NCBI GenBank assembly: GCA_976226885.1
Contig: OZ320321.1
Span: 23,374,001 to 23,438,000, forward strand
Source of the DNA: Iphione sp. A-MEVVRFRX5
Lineage: Eukaryota
Length of the DNA: 64,000 bases
Reading direction: 5' to 3'
Positions 20,109 to 34,290 of the stretch are shown in pieces. Under the pieces are notes generated by a model. That model did not search any database, had not been told where the DNA came from, and saw only the letters and a program-made list of their open reading frames with translations. Each line of letters starts with the position of its first letter. Position 1 is the stretch's first letter. The translations under genes were made by a program, and so were the position numbers.

Positions 20109-23100
20109 TACACTGTATATGACAATGTACCTGCAGCTAATTCAGAAAATAACCCAGCAGAACTGTGCTTATTACAGACCACAGTTTTAGCTACTTGGTA
20201 CCCGGCAATGTTTGAGTCAGTAAGAAATATAACAAATCAACGATGATTTTTTGGACACATCTCACTACGTGACAATAATTCCGGTCAGGAAAATAATCTT
20301 GAAAGTGGATGCATGGCCTTAACAGACAACACATCTGATCAAACAGAAAGACTGCTTCAACTCTGAAATATGCTGCAACATACTGTCACTGCAACAGACA
20401 AACGTATTTAGAATAAAGAACATAAGGACTTATAAGATGGCCTGTGTAAGAAAGTATTCTATGAAGATCATCACCGGGGCACACCCATCTTCAAAAAATA
20501 AGGCTCCTTTTTTACACAAAAATCGATTTGTGATCTGGATTTTACACAGACGTAGTGGCTAAACTGCTACCAAACTTTAACGGCTGGAGAGGAAGTTCCT
20601 CCAATCAGATCAGTTAACTTTTCTGAAACACCAAGAATGAACAATTACACTGAATCGTCAACAGAGAAATAACACATGCATTAAGGCGATATGACCTTCT
20701 CGCAATGACAGTAATACAGAATAACCTCTGTTATAGGCCTCCTATCTGCAAAGAATCCCTTTGTCAAGAACGCATTTCTTTCAGAGCGGAATTACAGTAG
20801 GAATCTCTGTCCAAAACCTCCATTCTTATAAGTAACTGTTTTATTAAATTAAAAAACTTTTTTGCTAGATAAGTTTCACCGTGTCTATCTGTGTTTAATT
20901 TACTTGTCACTCTCATATCTTATCACATGTACTCAATGTCTGTTTATATGGTCATCACAACTGAAACCATTTACTAGATCAAGAGGGAAATAAAAAATGC
21001 ATCATAATTATGTATGTGTAATAATTCAGATATGTACTTCATAATTTTTATGCATAAACCCTGGTCTAATAGTCGTTATTTTTCTTCAGTGATCGTCGGT
21101 AATACAAAACTCCATACTTTGTATTAATTTAACTTCCTCGTGTTTTTTGTTCATCTGTGACATTAATATCTGTATCTGTAATATCACACACATGTACATC
21201 AGACCTGGCCTCGTAGTCTGTTTTATTCTTCAGTAATACAAAAACCCGTACTGTATACCACCCCACAGGATTATGACCTTGCAAGATTTATTACTCGTCT
21301 GTGACTAAAACCCGTTATTCATCAGAGGTACATGTATATCAATTTTGAATAAACCCATTGAAAGCATTCAATCAAGACAACGTGTCTCGAGGAGGATTAA
21401 TTTCACCAAAAAAAACTTTAAGCTCATGTTTGTCTGGCAGGTGTGCTATTGTAATACGAGAATCGTAAAGTATGCAGGAGACAATGAAACGCATTGTTTT
21501 AGTTCAAAAGACTGCCTCCTTCTCTCCGATACGTTTATATTAGAGCTAATAGTCTGTATGGAGACGTGCATTGAAAGCACTTCGTCCACAGAGTGATCAA
21601 ATTGACAAAGTGCACAGCAATGTGGCACGTTCCTTCAAGGCGGACATTGTGTCTTAAGGTTTGTCTGCGTTTCAAACCTGAGGTAGCTTAAGCGCCGTAA
21701 ATATCTTACTTAAGTGCTTTGAATTTGCAGAAGCTATCGATATGCGACTACATCGGCACCCAAAGACGCCTTTCCGGAGATACAATTTACCTTTAATCAT
21801 TAGTGAAGCAGCAGTTTATTACATTCTCGATATCGCATCCAACTAGAGAGGTGACGCACATATATGTAGTTAGCTATTAAAGCTACTTCTGTCGAGGGCT
21901 TTCACCAAATGTATAATGAGAAAGTTGAAAGCCGCTACAGTCTGGGAGCACAGTTTAGGGCACTCGCTCCTGAGGGTTGCATTCGGAAGTCCCAGAGACT
22001 TGAAGTTTTGTCTATGTAGACTCAAATTGGGCCGCCAACAAGTTATCGGCGCAAATGTCAAAGTGATAGGAATTGTATGACGAGAATTAACTGTTGATTA
22101 TACAATAGAACAGTTAGGAATTACTCAATTCCTTTCAAACTCTAGACACGGGTAGAACGATTCCCGTCAACATGGTGGGGCTAACAAGGTAGAGACTCCG
22201 AAGCAAAAACTTTCGCGAGTGTTCTTATAGCCCAGCGTTCCAGTCCTCGCAACAATCTTCGTTAATTTCATAGGGGAACATTAAGCCATTTCTGCTCAAT
22301 AGTTTCTTCGTAATCTGCTTTGTATGCTAGACCCTTTATGGATTCAGATCTAAATGTGACTTTTACTTCCGGGTATAATAAGCTTTTTTTTCAAAAGAGT
22401 CCATAATGTGGCATTTTTTTCACGCCAAGACACACGTTCAAATCCAGATCTGCCGGTGTCTTTTATAAATTTTGAAAGAGATTCCAGTATAAAAGTGCAT
22501 CTTAGATTTCGGATGCCACTGCGATCACTCCATCCTAGATAACTCTTTCGAAAATGAAAATGGCATATTGGTATGCTCATGAAAAATATTTACATACGTA
22601 CACAAGCACTTACAAATGGTTAAAGTTATTGGATAGTAATGAATGTAGAATATACCCTATCTTCCTGCATAAATTAGGAATTCTTGGTCTTATTTTTGAC
22701 CAACTAGGTCAAAATTGACAAGCCTGTCATCTTCGCCCCTGTCGTCAAGGTAGGTGACAATAGTCTTCTACAAGCCCTCAAGTCATTCATTGTCATAGCA
22801 GATCATGCTGCCTCCCTCTCTCTTCTAAGACTGGCTTCCAGCATTGTCAAAGAGCAGCAGATAATTTCAGAGATTCTCTCGAAATGATTGACCTTCCGGG
22901 CTTTCTTGTTGTTCTTGTATAAACCACACATGGAGCAGTGATAAAAGACTTGATTGCTTTCCTCCATGAAGGTCTCATGTTTCTTCACTAATATATCAGG
23001 CGCTGTTTTCTTTTTACACTCTAGTCATAAAACGGCTCCCAGACGTAGTCCCCATGCCTTATGATCAATGTGCATGCCTGAAATGCAGCCAGACAATGAG

Positions 23101-23205
23101 TGTGCATCTTACAAAAGGGTTTAGGGTTTGTTTTGGAATCCCCCAATGATGATGTCATCAAGGGAAAATCCTACCACACATGCACGCACCCATGCATGTG
23201 TGTGC

Positions 23206-23209
<4 letters not shown>

Positions 23210-23258
<49 letters not shown>
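23210..23258. repeat. (GA)n microsatellite
   Basis: Direct reading. Confidence 0.95.
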
Positions 23259-23261
<3 letters not shown>

Positions 23262-26200
23262 CTCCAGTGCAAGGGCTGAAGGCACTTGTCAAGTAACAAA
23301 TTCCTACTTTGAGGAGTAGGACTCTATCCAGGCGGTCTATGTCACCATAGGCTTGTGTCCCTTATAAATGCGCAGCTCCTTCCAGGGAATTCAAGCAGAT
23401 ATATTACAAAGGTGCTCAGTTGCTCAATTCTATACACTCACAGTCTTGTCACTGAAGTTATAGAACTCAATGTAGGGCTACCAAACTCTGAGAGACCAAA
23501 TGTTAACATTCCAGCAGGTGATGATAATTTTCCTTAAGAATTACCTCAGCCTTTCCGATATTGAAACCTGCCAGTCAGCATGTCCACAGTACCTGGACAC
23601 TAAAGGTACGAAAGACTGTATTATGGGGCGATGAACCAACTTGGACATCCTCTGATGGCAACATCGTCCATACAAGAGCTAACCGACCACATTTCGTTGT
23701 ATGTGGCTAGATAGCATTTGGAATTAGTAGGGAAAGAGAAAGTACGAAGGACCGAGACACCTACAGCGCTAGTATGTAGAGACAGAGTGCTAACAACTTT
23801 GCATATCAAGGGGAACATGTACAAAAATCTGTCCATGGTTATCGCAGTCAGAAAATGAGCACTAGCACCTTCGTTTAATTGAACCGCATTCGGAATAATG
23901 CACGTTGATGCAATCTAAAAACAATGTGAACAACATTCAAATTCAATCCGCAACATGTACTACTAAAGGTCGGAAAACATTGGCTGACTTTACACTAACA
24001 CTGGATTCAATTTTATCGAAGGAAGCTGCAATCCTGCAAAATGTTACAGAACTATTTTAACAGCACAGAACAAGTATTATTGACATCTTGAAATTTAGCA
24101 GAGTACAATTAACAGGTCAGACTCGCATCACACTGCATACGTTGTGTTCTGTAAAGCATTGACTAAACGTGTATCTTTTTATCCTCCTTGAATTTCTCCT
24201 TTAAAAAAAATCCCAGCTTGGTATTTTTCTCCTGGGGAACAATTCATTGTATCAAAATTGCTGAGTTGACTCGTGATGATCGACTGCAGTTTAACTCCAT
24301 AACTGAATGCCATCGTGTATGCATATTATAAGGTCCATTACAAAGGAAAAAATGCAAAGCTCGGGTCACCTCTGAGAGACACGCCAGTATGCAGGCCAAA
24401 GACCCATGGGACGCCGTCTTCTCTGGGACCTTCATTGCTAGTTCATTTTGCTTGCAGTTTTCTGCTCTAGTATTATATATAATAAAATATGAATGGATTC
24501 TTTTGTCTACCCCGTACCGCACAGTTTATAGATTTGCTCACATGTATATGTCGTACTTGAAAGGAAACAGAAGTACTCACCGCTGATAATAATTTGTCTT
24601 ACACTACTTTCAAGAATTAGGAGCTCTTAGCGCTGTCACTAAATCATTAGATTCTAGGGAGGCTTTCCTTTAGAGTTCTATGTATGTGCCGTGAGTAAAT
24701 GTTGAAAAACATGAGGATGCTATGATCAGTAAGGTCGGCGAAAATGTCTTCGTGTAGCGAATATATTTATATGCACTTTATACACGACTTTAAGCGCTCT
24801 AACGAAACCACACTCAGTTCCGCCACTCGGTACATGAACGACACCTGTTGTCCATATGGAAAGGGAGAAGAAAATGTGTTTCTTGAATGGAGTTGAATTG
24901 AAAATGATAGTGTCGCTCCACAGTGTTAAGTGTTCCACAAAGTTTGAATCCTGCATATGTGCCTACTCCGCTGCTTATGATTTTGTGTATAAAAAGACCG
25001 GCATGTGGAGTACAGTTCCGTTCTTGTCTTTCTGTCGAATAAAGAACATCTCTGTATTCAGACGCTTTTTATTGCAATATGCTAAGATCGTGTCGTACCA
25101 ACATATTATCGCACTGTCATCACAAAAGAGACGGTTTTCACAGGTACGATCTGTTTACACCATTTATGTTACTGGTGTAACAGGATTATAACCGAGATGA
25201 CAATACAATTTAATAGATCGTAATAAGGTGCAATAGGCTGGATTTCTTCATGCAGGGACATCTGTTGTTTGCAGTAACATAATCTTTCCACAGCTCGAAA
25301 TCGTGGCAGCTCAGAAATTCTACAAATGTACATTCATTTAAAACATTTCAGTGTGTTTGAAGACCTGACGGGGCAAAGCATGCTTTATAAATCCCTTTTA
25401 TAGGCGTCTCACAGTAACCACGGTGTTACAAAGTAAGGAATTTCTATTGCTTCGCTGTGTTGCCGGGGCGAAACCTGAGAAAATGTTTAGGAATTCAAGC
25501 GGCGGCCGTTTAAACCGATTGATTAAGCACCGTAGATGGATGTGAAGTGGAGAGGGCCTTGTTCGCAGTCAAGCAGGGAATAACATATGCCTATACAAAC
25601 ATAATACGAAACCCTCCTGGATATCCCACTCTCAAGCTATCAGTGTCATTTTATTTTCCACCAAACTATTTATTTCCTTGCTCATTCGATATGTATATAC
25701 ATGGATTTGCCAATTAAAAAAATAATTTTTTGTCAAGTCTTTGAAAACCACCTTTCTGAATTTACGAGTCGTAAATGGGTTTTACAGCACCGAAAGACCC
25801 GTTTTATTTACGTTCCTCAGGTAGAGATATACGTTATGGAAATAAACAGTAAGTACTATGGGGTTATTCAATTTGAAATACAGCCTCTAACATTTTGTTC
25901 CACTATGATATAAAAAAGTGCATATAAAAGCCTACCAATGTCCAAAACCGTGATAACAGCCTTGATAGGACACGAAATTGGAATTAAATACGGTATTTCG
26001 AATTTAATCGAATAGTCACATTTGCATTGAAACTTGCAGTTCTACATATAGGTTCCCAATTAATTGGGTGTCCATAAGGGAAAACTGTCCCCTTAGAATG
26101 AGCTATTTTAAGAAGTTAGCCGCTCCGAAACTTAAATGGCATCCTTAAATTTTCCCTACTAACCCATTCAGTTAAAGGTAATACAATGGCGAAATTGGTT

Positions 26201-28021
26201 TATTGGTTATACCGGGGAGCACTGGGGCCTAAAAAGGTAACATTTTTGAGTCCCCTGGAAACCGCTGATTGAGTTGACAAGGCATGACCGAAGCAATTTC
26301 AGATGAATTCCTTGAAGATTTAATGATGCTACTGAACAACCGTTTCCAAGCTAGGCACAACCTTATTATTTAATTTCAAGCCCAGCTATATTAATTCCTC
26401 TCTGCAGTAGTCTCTTATCGACGAATATTGGTAGACCTTTAATTCTTTAGTCAATGGCAATCTTCATGCCAGTAAAAGGCCAGAAATGATATGAGATCCG
26501 TTTGGATTGTCAAATAAGAGTGATGTTGATGATTAACTGCAGTCGATCGTGCTCAAAGAAGGTTGTAGTTTAGAATAGCATTCTCAGTACTATGTTCTGC
26601 CACAAGTGGCAGGAAAAACATGTATACATGTATCGTAGGCTGATTGACTGAGCGGATGGTTTGTGGACTTTTATCATATCGATTTTTTCTCTAATTGACT
26701 AGTCTCAGTGCCTAACGTTTCATTTCATGTCGGTATTTCCTTAACCTCTGCATCTCTATCTGAAGATGTTTGTGCCGCAGCTTCAACGTAATATTCTTAC
26801 CGAATTCGGCAGTGATTATCACTACCAACATGACTTATACAAGCATATTTATACAATCCCTTGATTAATTCTATAATCCTTCTCATCCATGAAAGCCTCC
26901 GTGAATTTTGGAGACTTTTGATGCCATCAATGTTGTTGCTGCCTCTTTTTCCGCAATTCTCTCCCGTATTCAGGTATTATTGTGAGAACAAACAAAATCT
27001 GAATCTGAAACGTTTTTTACAAGTTGATTAGTTCTCTTAACCTTTTCCTCCCTCTGAGGTCCTTCCTATTTGAAGACTGTGATGTCAAAACTCCTTTTAA
27101 TGCTCCTTCAATGTTTTCAGCAGTTGAAACCATCATGACAAATCGTGTTAATTTGCAAGACGCATGCATAACGGAGAGTTTAAACCTCTCGTTTTGCAGT
27201 TTGACACATAACATGCGCTTCAGCCGCAGTAGGTTTTCCGCCGTCCCTGTCCCGTTAATATAAGTAAATTCCATTTTTAACAAGCTGATTTATTCGTTGA
27301 TCATAGGTGAGGAGATTTTCCTGCTCCTTACGAAGACTCTCTCCTGTAGCCCGTCCCGGGGACCTCCGATTCTTGCTCCTAGCTTATAGTGGCAGGAAGC
27401 AGGTATATGCACGCTATGTTGGCAGGCGTGATTGATTCGCTACCTAGGCGGAAGGGGGCACCTCATTTACAATGACAGGACGTCTTCAGACCAACAGCGA
27501 CGTATCAATCTTCCCCGTAGACTCTCACTGCGTGGCACCTGTTTTATTCTCTTCTCTTTTCTCTGTCTTTTCCCCCTTTCCCACCTCTCCTTCTTTCCAT
27601 GTCCCCATACTCTCTTCCTCGCCCCCCCTCTCTCCTACTCCACATGTCTTCTCCATGTCTCTTTCATTATTCATTGTATACAGTCGTTATCCTTTCTGTA
27701 TAAATCGTCCTGGCCTAATCATAAGGCCTATGCTCCATAAAACTGGGTGCGTAGTGCAAGCATACATATTCTGTATGACCAGAAGTGCTAAGTATGTTGT
27801 TTTTATGTGTGCATGATGTGTGGATGTGGTGCATGGATTCCATGCGCGACAATCCGTGAGTGGAGTTAGTTGCATTGCCGTTCACTGGCACTGGACTGCA
27901 TAGAAATGAATAGAAGATGTATAGATTAAAAGCCTTACAATGTGACTGACCACTCAACCAGGCGGGCAACCCTGCAGAAAGGGCACCTTGATGTGGTCCC
28001 AGTGGTATACAATACAGTATA

Positions 28022-28199
28022 CAGTAGAGCATCTCTTAGGAGACCAAGCTTGGGACTGACTGATTTTGATCTCTCCTGAGTAGTGGTCTCCCCTGTGAAG
28101 CACTTTTCTTTTAGGATTTTTTTTTCTGTTCTGCCTAAACTTGGTCTTTCCTCAGTGGCAGTCTCCCCTGTGAAATGGTCTTTAACAGAGGTCCTACTG
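28022..28199. mobile_element. TA-flanked MITE (CAGTAGAG...CTACTG), short copy of the family at 36775
   Basis: TIRs plus shared internal GGTCTCCCCTGTGAAG motifs. Confidence 0.75.
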
Positions 28200-30648
28200 T
28201 ATAAGAAAAATAGCTGAGGCAGGAGGCCAAATCCAAATCACCAGTGACATTATGTGGTCGCCATGGTGGTAGTATTTGGGAGTGGGTTTTACTGTGTTTA
28301 CATTCGCCAAAATTAGGAATTTTAATGGTTTGCTCTTAGGAATTGCTCTTAGAATGTGTAAATAAGGCAGAATCAGACAGTTCTAAAAACATACGCATCA
28401 ACTGGCAGGGAAGGAATCTCTAAAGCTAAAGCTAAGGTTTTTTTAAGTCCTCAGGAGTCCTGTTAAAAGTGTATTCAACAAAGCAATCGAAAAACTTTTG
28501 GGGGGGAAAGTGGTTTAATTGCAGATTTAATAAGAGGAATGGTCATGACGTGAGTATCAACTGTAGACATTGAGATATGGGGCTATGCCCTGGGAAAACG
28601 TTTCACCAATAATTCAGCAGGTATATTCATTCTTGGTGCTAAATTTCTTTGATTAAATAACGACTGGGACTGAACTAAAAAATCTGTCGGCACTTCAACA
28701 AAATAAGTGCCCCCCGCCGCCGTGTTCACATGATAAACCTAGAGAATGTTGCTATATGCTAATTTAAAAGTCTGCTTTATTTCATTATACTATTGGCATA
28801 TGTCAATCCTAGGATAATTCTAAAAGACTCCTTTATTCCATCTTCGTTGAGAACAACATAGTATTTGCTTCTTCAGCACCGTCCTTTGCTTATACGTGGC
28901 GTTATTTTCTCACGTTATTGTCTTAGAAGCACTAAAGGAGACGTTTCGTACGCTCCCACTGTTCATGGCTGGCATGCCTCTAAACAGGACAGGAAACACT
29001 GGATGAGAAAGAAAGTTATTGTGAACATTCTTGGAAGTCAGTTGTATCAGAAGACAAACCGGAAGTTCTCGCAACTCATTCATGTTATATTCGGTTGAGA
29101 CACCTACTCTGATTGGCTGATTAACCCGGGGTCCTTGGGTAGAACGAGCGAATGGCAGGCGACCCCTTCAAAGACATCAGCGATCGTTTGGCCACAGAAA
29201 CATGTGTTAACGATTTCTGACGAATGATCCCACCTGTCGTCCTCAAAATAACGCCACCTTTAGGAAATGAATTATGCTGACTTTTACACAATCAGCCAAA
29301 AAACATCTTACTATGAAGCATAACCACGTTTTGCGATTCGATAATGTTTAAAACCTGATTAGAGGTCTCACTGTCAGTCGTCTGTACATATTCCTAGTTG
29401 GGAAAGTCTATCCATATTCTTTTCCAAAAGGCCGTCTAGGTTGCTGATGTACCGTATGTTCCTGCATCCATTTTATCTGTTCGTCACGGGGAATTATTAT
29501 CGCACAAAATTAAAATGTGACATTGCCAAATAATAGAAATATAATACAAACTGCACAAGAAACTGAATATAATTTTAAGTCATGGATCTGCCACTTCCAT
29601 TAGCAGCAATTAACGCTGCAAGAAAACATAATGATATTCCCCTTAGTAGAGCTATCATATCTTTCTCGGATTAACCTTAAATCACAGGAGCGTAGACAAC
29701 AAGTATACATGTACATGGGCTGATTTTGGCTTTACCTCCGTGATAGTTTAATTCTATATAAACAGGGAACTGAACAGACATACCTAACTCATCCTAACAA
29801 CCAAATGGCAATATAATTTTCTCCATGCATGACCTTTGTGTATATGCATACTTTGTAATATGGAATTTCTCAATGAGGCAGATTATATATAAAAGGGCTG
29901 AAAGCAGACAAACTGGTCTTGAAAAGTAAGGGTCCATCCACATAGGCCTACATATAATACAGTTTAATACGGCCTAAAATAAGGTAACTAGTTATGGAGG
30001 TGATATCAAATGACCGTCTGTCATATATCTTCGTACGTATACATTGAGGGGAGAGGGAAGGGGGCTCGGCGGCCGGATATTGCCCGAGGTACCACTTAAA
30101 TTGTTTAGTTGCTGGCGAAGTGACCTGAGAATCAGTCCCCATGTTCGCTCACGCGAGATGATGATAGGTTCGGACACGCTCGCCAGACATGCAGTAGTGG
30201 TAGGAGTTGGGTTACTGTGCAGGCGATAGCCAGTAGGCTCTTCTGATGAATGTGTAAAAGTAGGGATGCAGGGAGGAATATTCACTTTGACCTGACGTGC
30301 ATGAAGCAGAAATGGCAAAATAGAAGAATCTTCAGGAATTATAACCAAAATTAACGTGGTTGTTTTTGTATTTTTTAGGTTCGGTTTCGAACCGTTTTTT
30401 TATGGATTAACGTGTCAAAGTTCTGGAGCAGGGGCTAGTGACAGCGGTATCTCTGAGAGGGTCAGTGTGGTTTGTATGCTGTATGTAAAGTGTTAAAACG
30501 ACAGAAGTTGGGTTTGTACCTTACTGGGTTGCCAACATTGCCCGCAGAACTGTCATTATCACTGGGCATCATATATCTTATTCATCCGCCTTGCTCCCTC
30601 CCATTCAGTTTTTGTCACCCCCCCCCCGCTTTCAGTTTCTCTCTCCCG

Positions 30649-30690
<42 letters not shown>

Positions 30691-31907
30691 CTCTCATCCT
30701 CCCCTGTCCAATTTTCCATCTCTGTCTGTTCTCCTTTGTCTTTCACTTGTCGTTCTTCTTCCTCTCTTCTTTCCTAAACAGGAGTTAAATTGTCTCGCTT
30801 TCTTTATACTTATTTGTTATCTTATATTTCCTTCATCTTCTCATTTATTCTCTCCTCCTCTGTCTATAATATTCCTTAACACTGCTGTCCCCTACACTTA
30901 TTTTCTTTTCAGTTATGCATTTCTATTGTTTCTCTCTGCGCTTCTCACTTTCTACTCTCTTCCTCTAAGTCTCTTGTCCTCTCCCTATGAATACCCTAAC
31001 CACTGCTCTCGTTTTGCTACCCCTTTTCTTTCCGCTTGCCCAGCGCTATTTTCTTTCTTTCCTTCTCTTTCCTCTTCTCCCCCTGTTCCCTTCTCTCCTG
31101 AGCGACCCGTAGCTATCCTAACCTCTCTATTTTGCTGGAGACGGTCACCTGCTTCAACGCCCGCAGGCCATGCAGGCCGACCAGCCGACTGGTGCAGCCA
31201 TGTCGCCCACGTTTACAGAGGCTGCGCTTGGCTGGCGGCCAGCGTCTCTGCTTGGAGAGAGCGTGATATTGTTTGCCTGTGACAGGCCGCCTCCTATCGC
31301 TCCTTCCGTGAGACAAACAGCCCGTGGTGGCCACTGGTTCCTCTGACCTTCGACACGGTCTCCTACTGCTACCCCCCCCCCACCGCGCCTCTGGCTATGC
31401 TTTGCCCCTGATTCCCACACCGAATCATCCTGCACTGCCCATCTACCGAGTTGGCTTCAACCTTTGTGCTTGGATTACCTCAGTGTGCCTTGGCATCTAG
31501 TGCCCGTTCTCAGCATGGCTTCGGCCAATGGCTTCCACAGCAATCCTTCTGCCTCCTTCAGACAGACACCAACAATGTCGTCTTACGTGATGTCCCCCGG
31601 CAGGCTGGATTCTCAACGCCTCCCCCCTCAACCAGCGATGACCTCTGACCTTGAGACCAGTGACGGTTAAAGAGCCTAAAAGCCCGCGTGTGAATGTGTC
31701 CGGTGCCTCAGTAAACGTCATAAACCATCGCAATGAGAAATGGTGCAGAATGCTCAACTTGAGTGATAATGTGGCTGCGAACAATCCTTCGACCCAATAT
31801 ATATTTGGTGTCCTTTTTCCTATATAATCTCTCATGCAGAATTGATATCATGTAAAAAAATAATTGTGTGTACTTAGTGGAACGAAGACCAATTTTTTTC
31901 CAATTTA

Positions 31908-32539
31908 CATTGGAGTCTCTATTTCCGACCCGTGGTAGGGTCCAAAACAAAATGGCTGAAATAGCAAATGTGGTCGGAAATCAATTGGATATGTGGTAGA
32001 ATCAATATTTATATATCAATACTGAATAGTAGTTCAATAAATTATCTCTTTCTCCCTCTTTCTTTTAACATACGAAAAGTCCAAAAAGTGTTGAATTCGA
32101 AAATTAAGAATCCAAAAAGTGCTGAATTTGATGAGTAAAAGTCCAAAAAGTGCTGAATTTGACGATTAAAGTGCTGAATTTGATGAGTAAGAGTCCTAAA
32201 AGTGGTGATTTTCATGTGTGAGGTACACCAGAGAGGTTGCCACTGATGCCCCCGGTCTCTCGCACCAGTCCCTCCAGGGTGTGAGGTACATCAGAGAGGT
32301 CACCATGAACACCCCGGTCTCTCCCACCAGCCCCTCCAGGGTGTGAGCAACATCGGTCGGAAATCAATAGTAAAATAAACTATAATTGATCTCTTATAAA
32401 CGATCGGAAATCGATCCGGTCGGAAATCGATGATTGAAGATATTTATAATGTATAGACAAAATTTCGATTCCAAGTTCAAATGGTCGGTATAGCCTGTCT
32501 GGTCTCAAATCGCAGAGGTCGGTAATAGAGACTCCACTG
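31908..32539. mobile_element. Non-autonomous TIR element with internal tandem repeats
   Basis: CATTGGAGTCTCTATTTCCGACC ... GGTCGGTAATAGAGACTCCACTG; internal CCAAAAAGTGCTGAATTTG repeats and a ~65-bp duplication; related fragments near 57520-57870. Confidence 0.7.
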
Positions 32540-34039
32540 ACTACTCATCAGTTTAGACAGTGAGCGAACGGATGCGAGACTGTTCTTTATTCATGCTACT
32601 AAGGGATACTAGATATTCGTGGCTAATGTCTTTCTTTTTCATTGATTTCTCTTACTTGCCCTTTTAATTTTCAAAATCTGCGGTTCCCTTCATATTCCTC
32701 CCGCCTTTTCCTGTCTCTAAATTTCTCTGTCTGACTTAACCGGACTATTTCAGTCGTCTACAATCACGTCTTCACACATTTCGACGTCTCTCTGCCCGCA
32801 AGATGTCATCAGTCCCCTTTCTGTACCCTGCGGTAAACGAATATAAAAAGGCTCTAATTGTTTCAAGTGTCCAATTCATTTAGTCGTGCCAATAAAGTAA
32901 TTGTCTTCGCGAAGCATACAATCCTTTCCCTCCACGCGACCACGCATGCGTCATGCGACCGCTGGGACTTCTTTGACGTTCATTGGATGAGAGAACTTTT
33001 TTCATATCCAATCATCGCGCTCCCTCAGTCCTAAATCAATAAGACTTGTTTATTCTATTCTGTTCCATTTCTACATCTTGTTTCTTATCATAAGAGTTGC
33101 TTCCACGGCCCGCGTTGTTAAAGGGCCTATGTCTTCTCTGTGCTGAAGATGAACCATGGGGTCCCCCTTCTCGAGATTTACTAAAGGCATCGGTGCGTTG
33201 TTCAACTAAAAACTAACATTTCTCTCTTCTTTCCTCCTGGGGTAAGCTTCACTGTGCCTGTTCCGCATGAGTTAGCAGTAAATGTTTGCACAAAGGCTCA
33301 AGCTCTCTGCCTTGACTAAAGATGATATGAAATTGTCCCACTGGCTTCCGCTCAACCACATGAATACAGCCTCCACATTCAATGTGCGTACCATTCGCGG
33401 AGTGGAGGTTTTTGCGAGTTGTTTTTTTGAACACTAACCGTTTGTTTGAACACTATATGAGTTTGAGTCTACGTGGATAGGATGAGAACAAAAGAGGCAC
33501 GGTTATTGAAATGCTACATCCTCCCTGGAATTGTACCTTGTGGTTACTGACATAATAAGCCTTAAATATTTTGTTTGTCCGAAGAAACTTTGCTCGACAG
33601 ACTGGCCTCAAAGATCAATAGAACTGAGATGCGGCACCTGCGGGCAAAGATCAACTTCGGATAAGAGTAAAAGGGATGTCTCTGGAGCGTGTATGTTCAA
33701 GACGTGAATAATTGCCTGTACTGATGGCTCTCTTTACAAATGTGAGCCCAGTTTCGTTCAAAAAGAGCCACTTTCATCTTTTAGAGAAGATGGGAACCAT
33801 AAATGGTTACGATAAGTTGATAGCACTAAAAATATGTGTCACATATAATGTGGTAGGGAGGCCATAGGGAAATATATGTGATATGGATGTGGCCTGTGAG
33901 GGAGGTCACTTCTCCCAGCCGTTTGCTTTGGGAGCGGAAAGACCAGCTGATGTCGACAAAATACTCTTCTACGCAGTCATGCAGTAAGTAGCGTCTTGGG
34001 ACAATGCCCTTGGAATCAGAAATAGGATAGGCAACATTT

Positions 34040-34290
34040 GGGCGTTGGGTGGGTTGGTGGACGGGTGGATGGGTGGTGGGTAGGTGGGTGGATGGGTGGG
34101 TGTGTGGGCGGTTGAAGGAGGTGGGATCAGGAAGAGGGTGTGTGTCAGCCTCAATAGGTACGAGGGAGAATAAGTAGACGGGTGTTAGGAATGGTGGTTG
34201 GGTTGGTGGTTGGGTGAGTGGGTGGATGGTTGGGTGGGTGGGTGGATGGGTGGGTGTGCTTGGCTGGGTGCTTGGGTGGATAGGCAAGGT
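34040..34290. repeat. G-rich GGGT/GGAT minisatellite
   Basis: Runs such as GGGTGGATGGGTGGTGGGTAGGTGGGTGG. Confidence 0.8.

Noticed and set aside
22142-22153. 12-nt match (CTAGACACGGGT) to the 3' end of the Maverick tRNA, as a possible primer-binding site
   Set aside because: No LTR or retroelement context nearby; a single post-hoc 12-mer is not persuasive.
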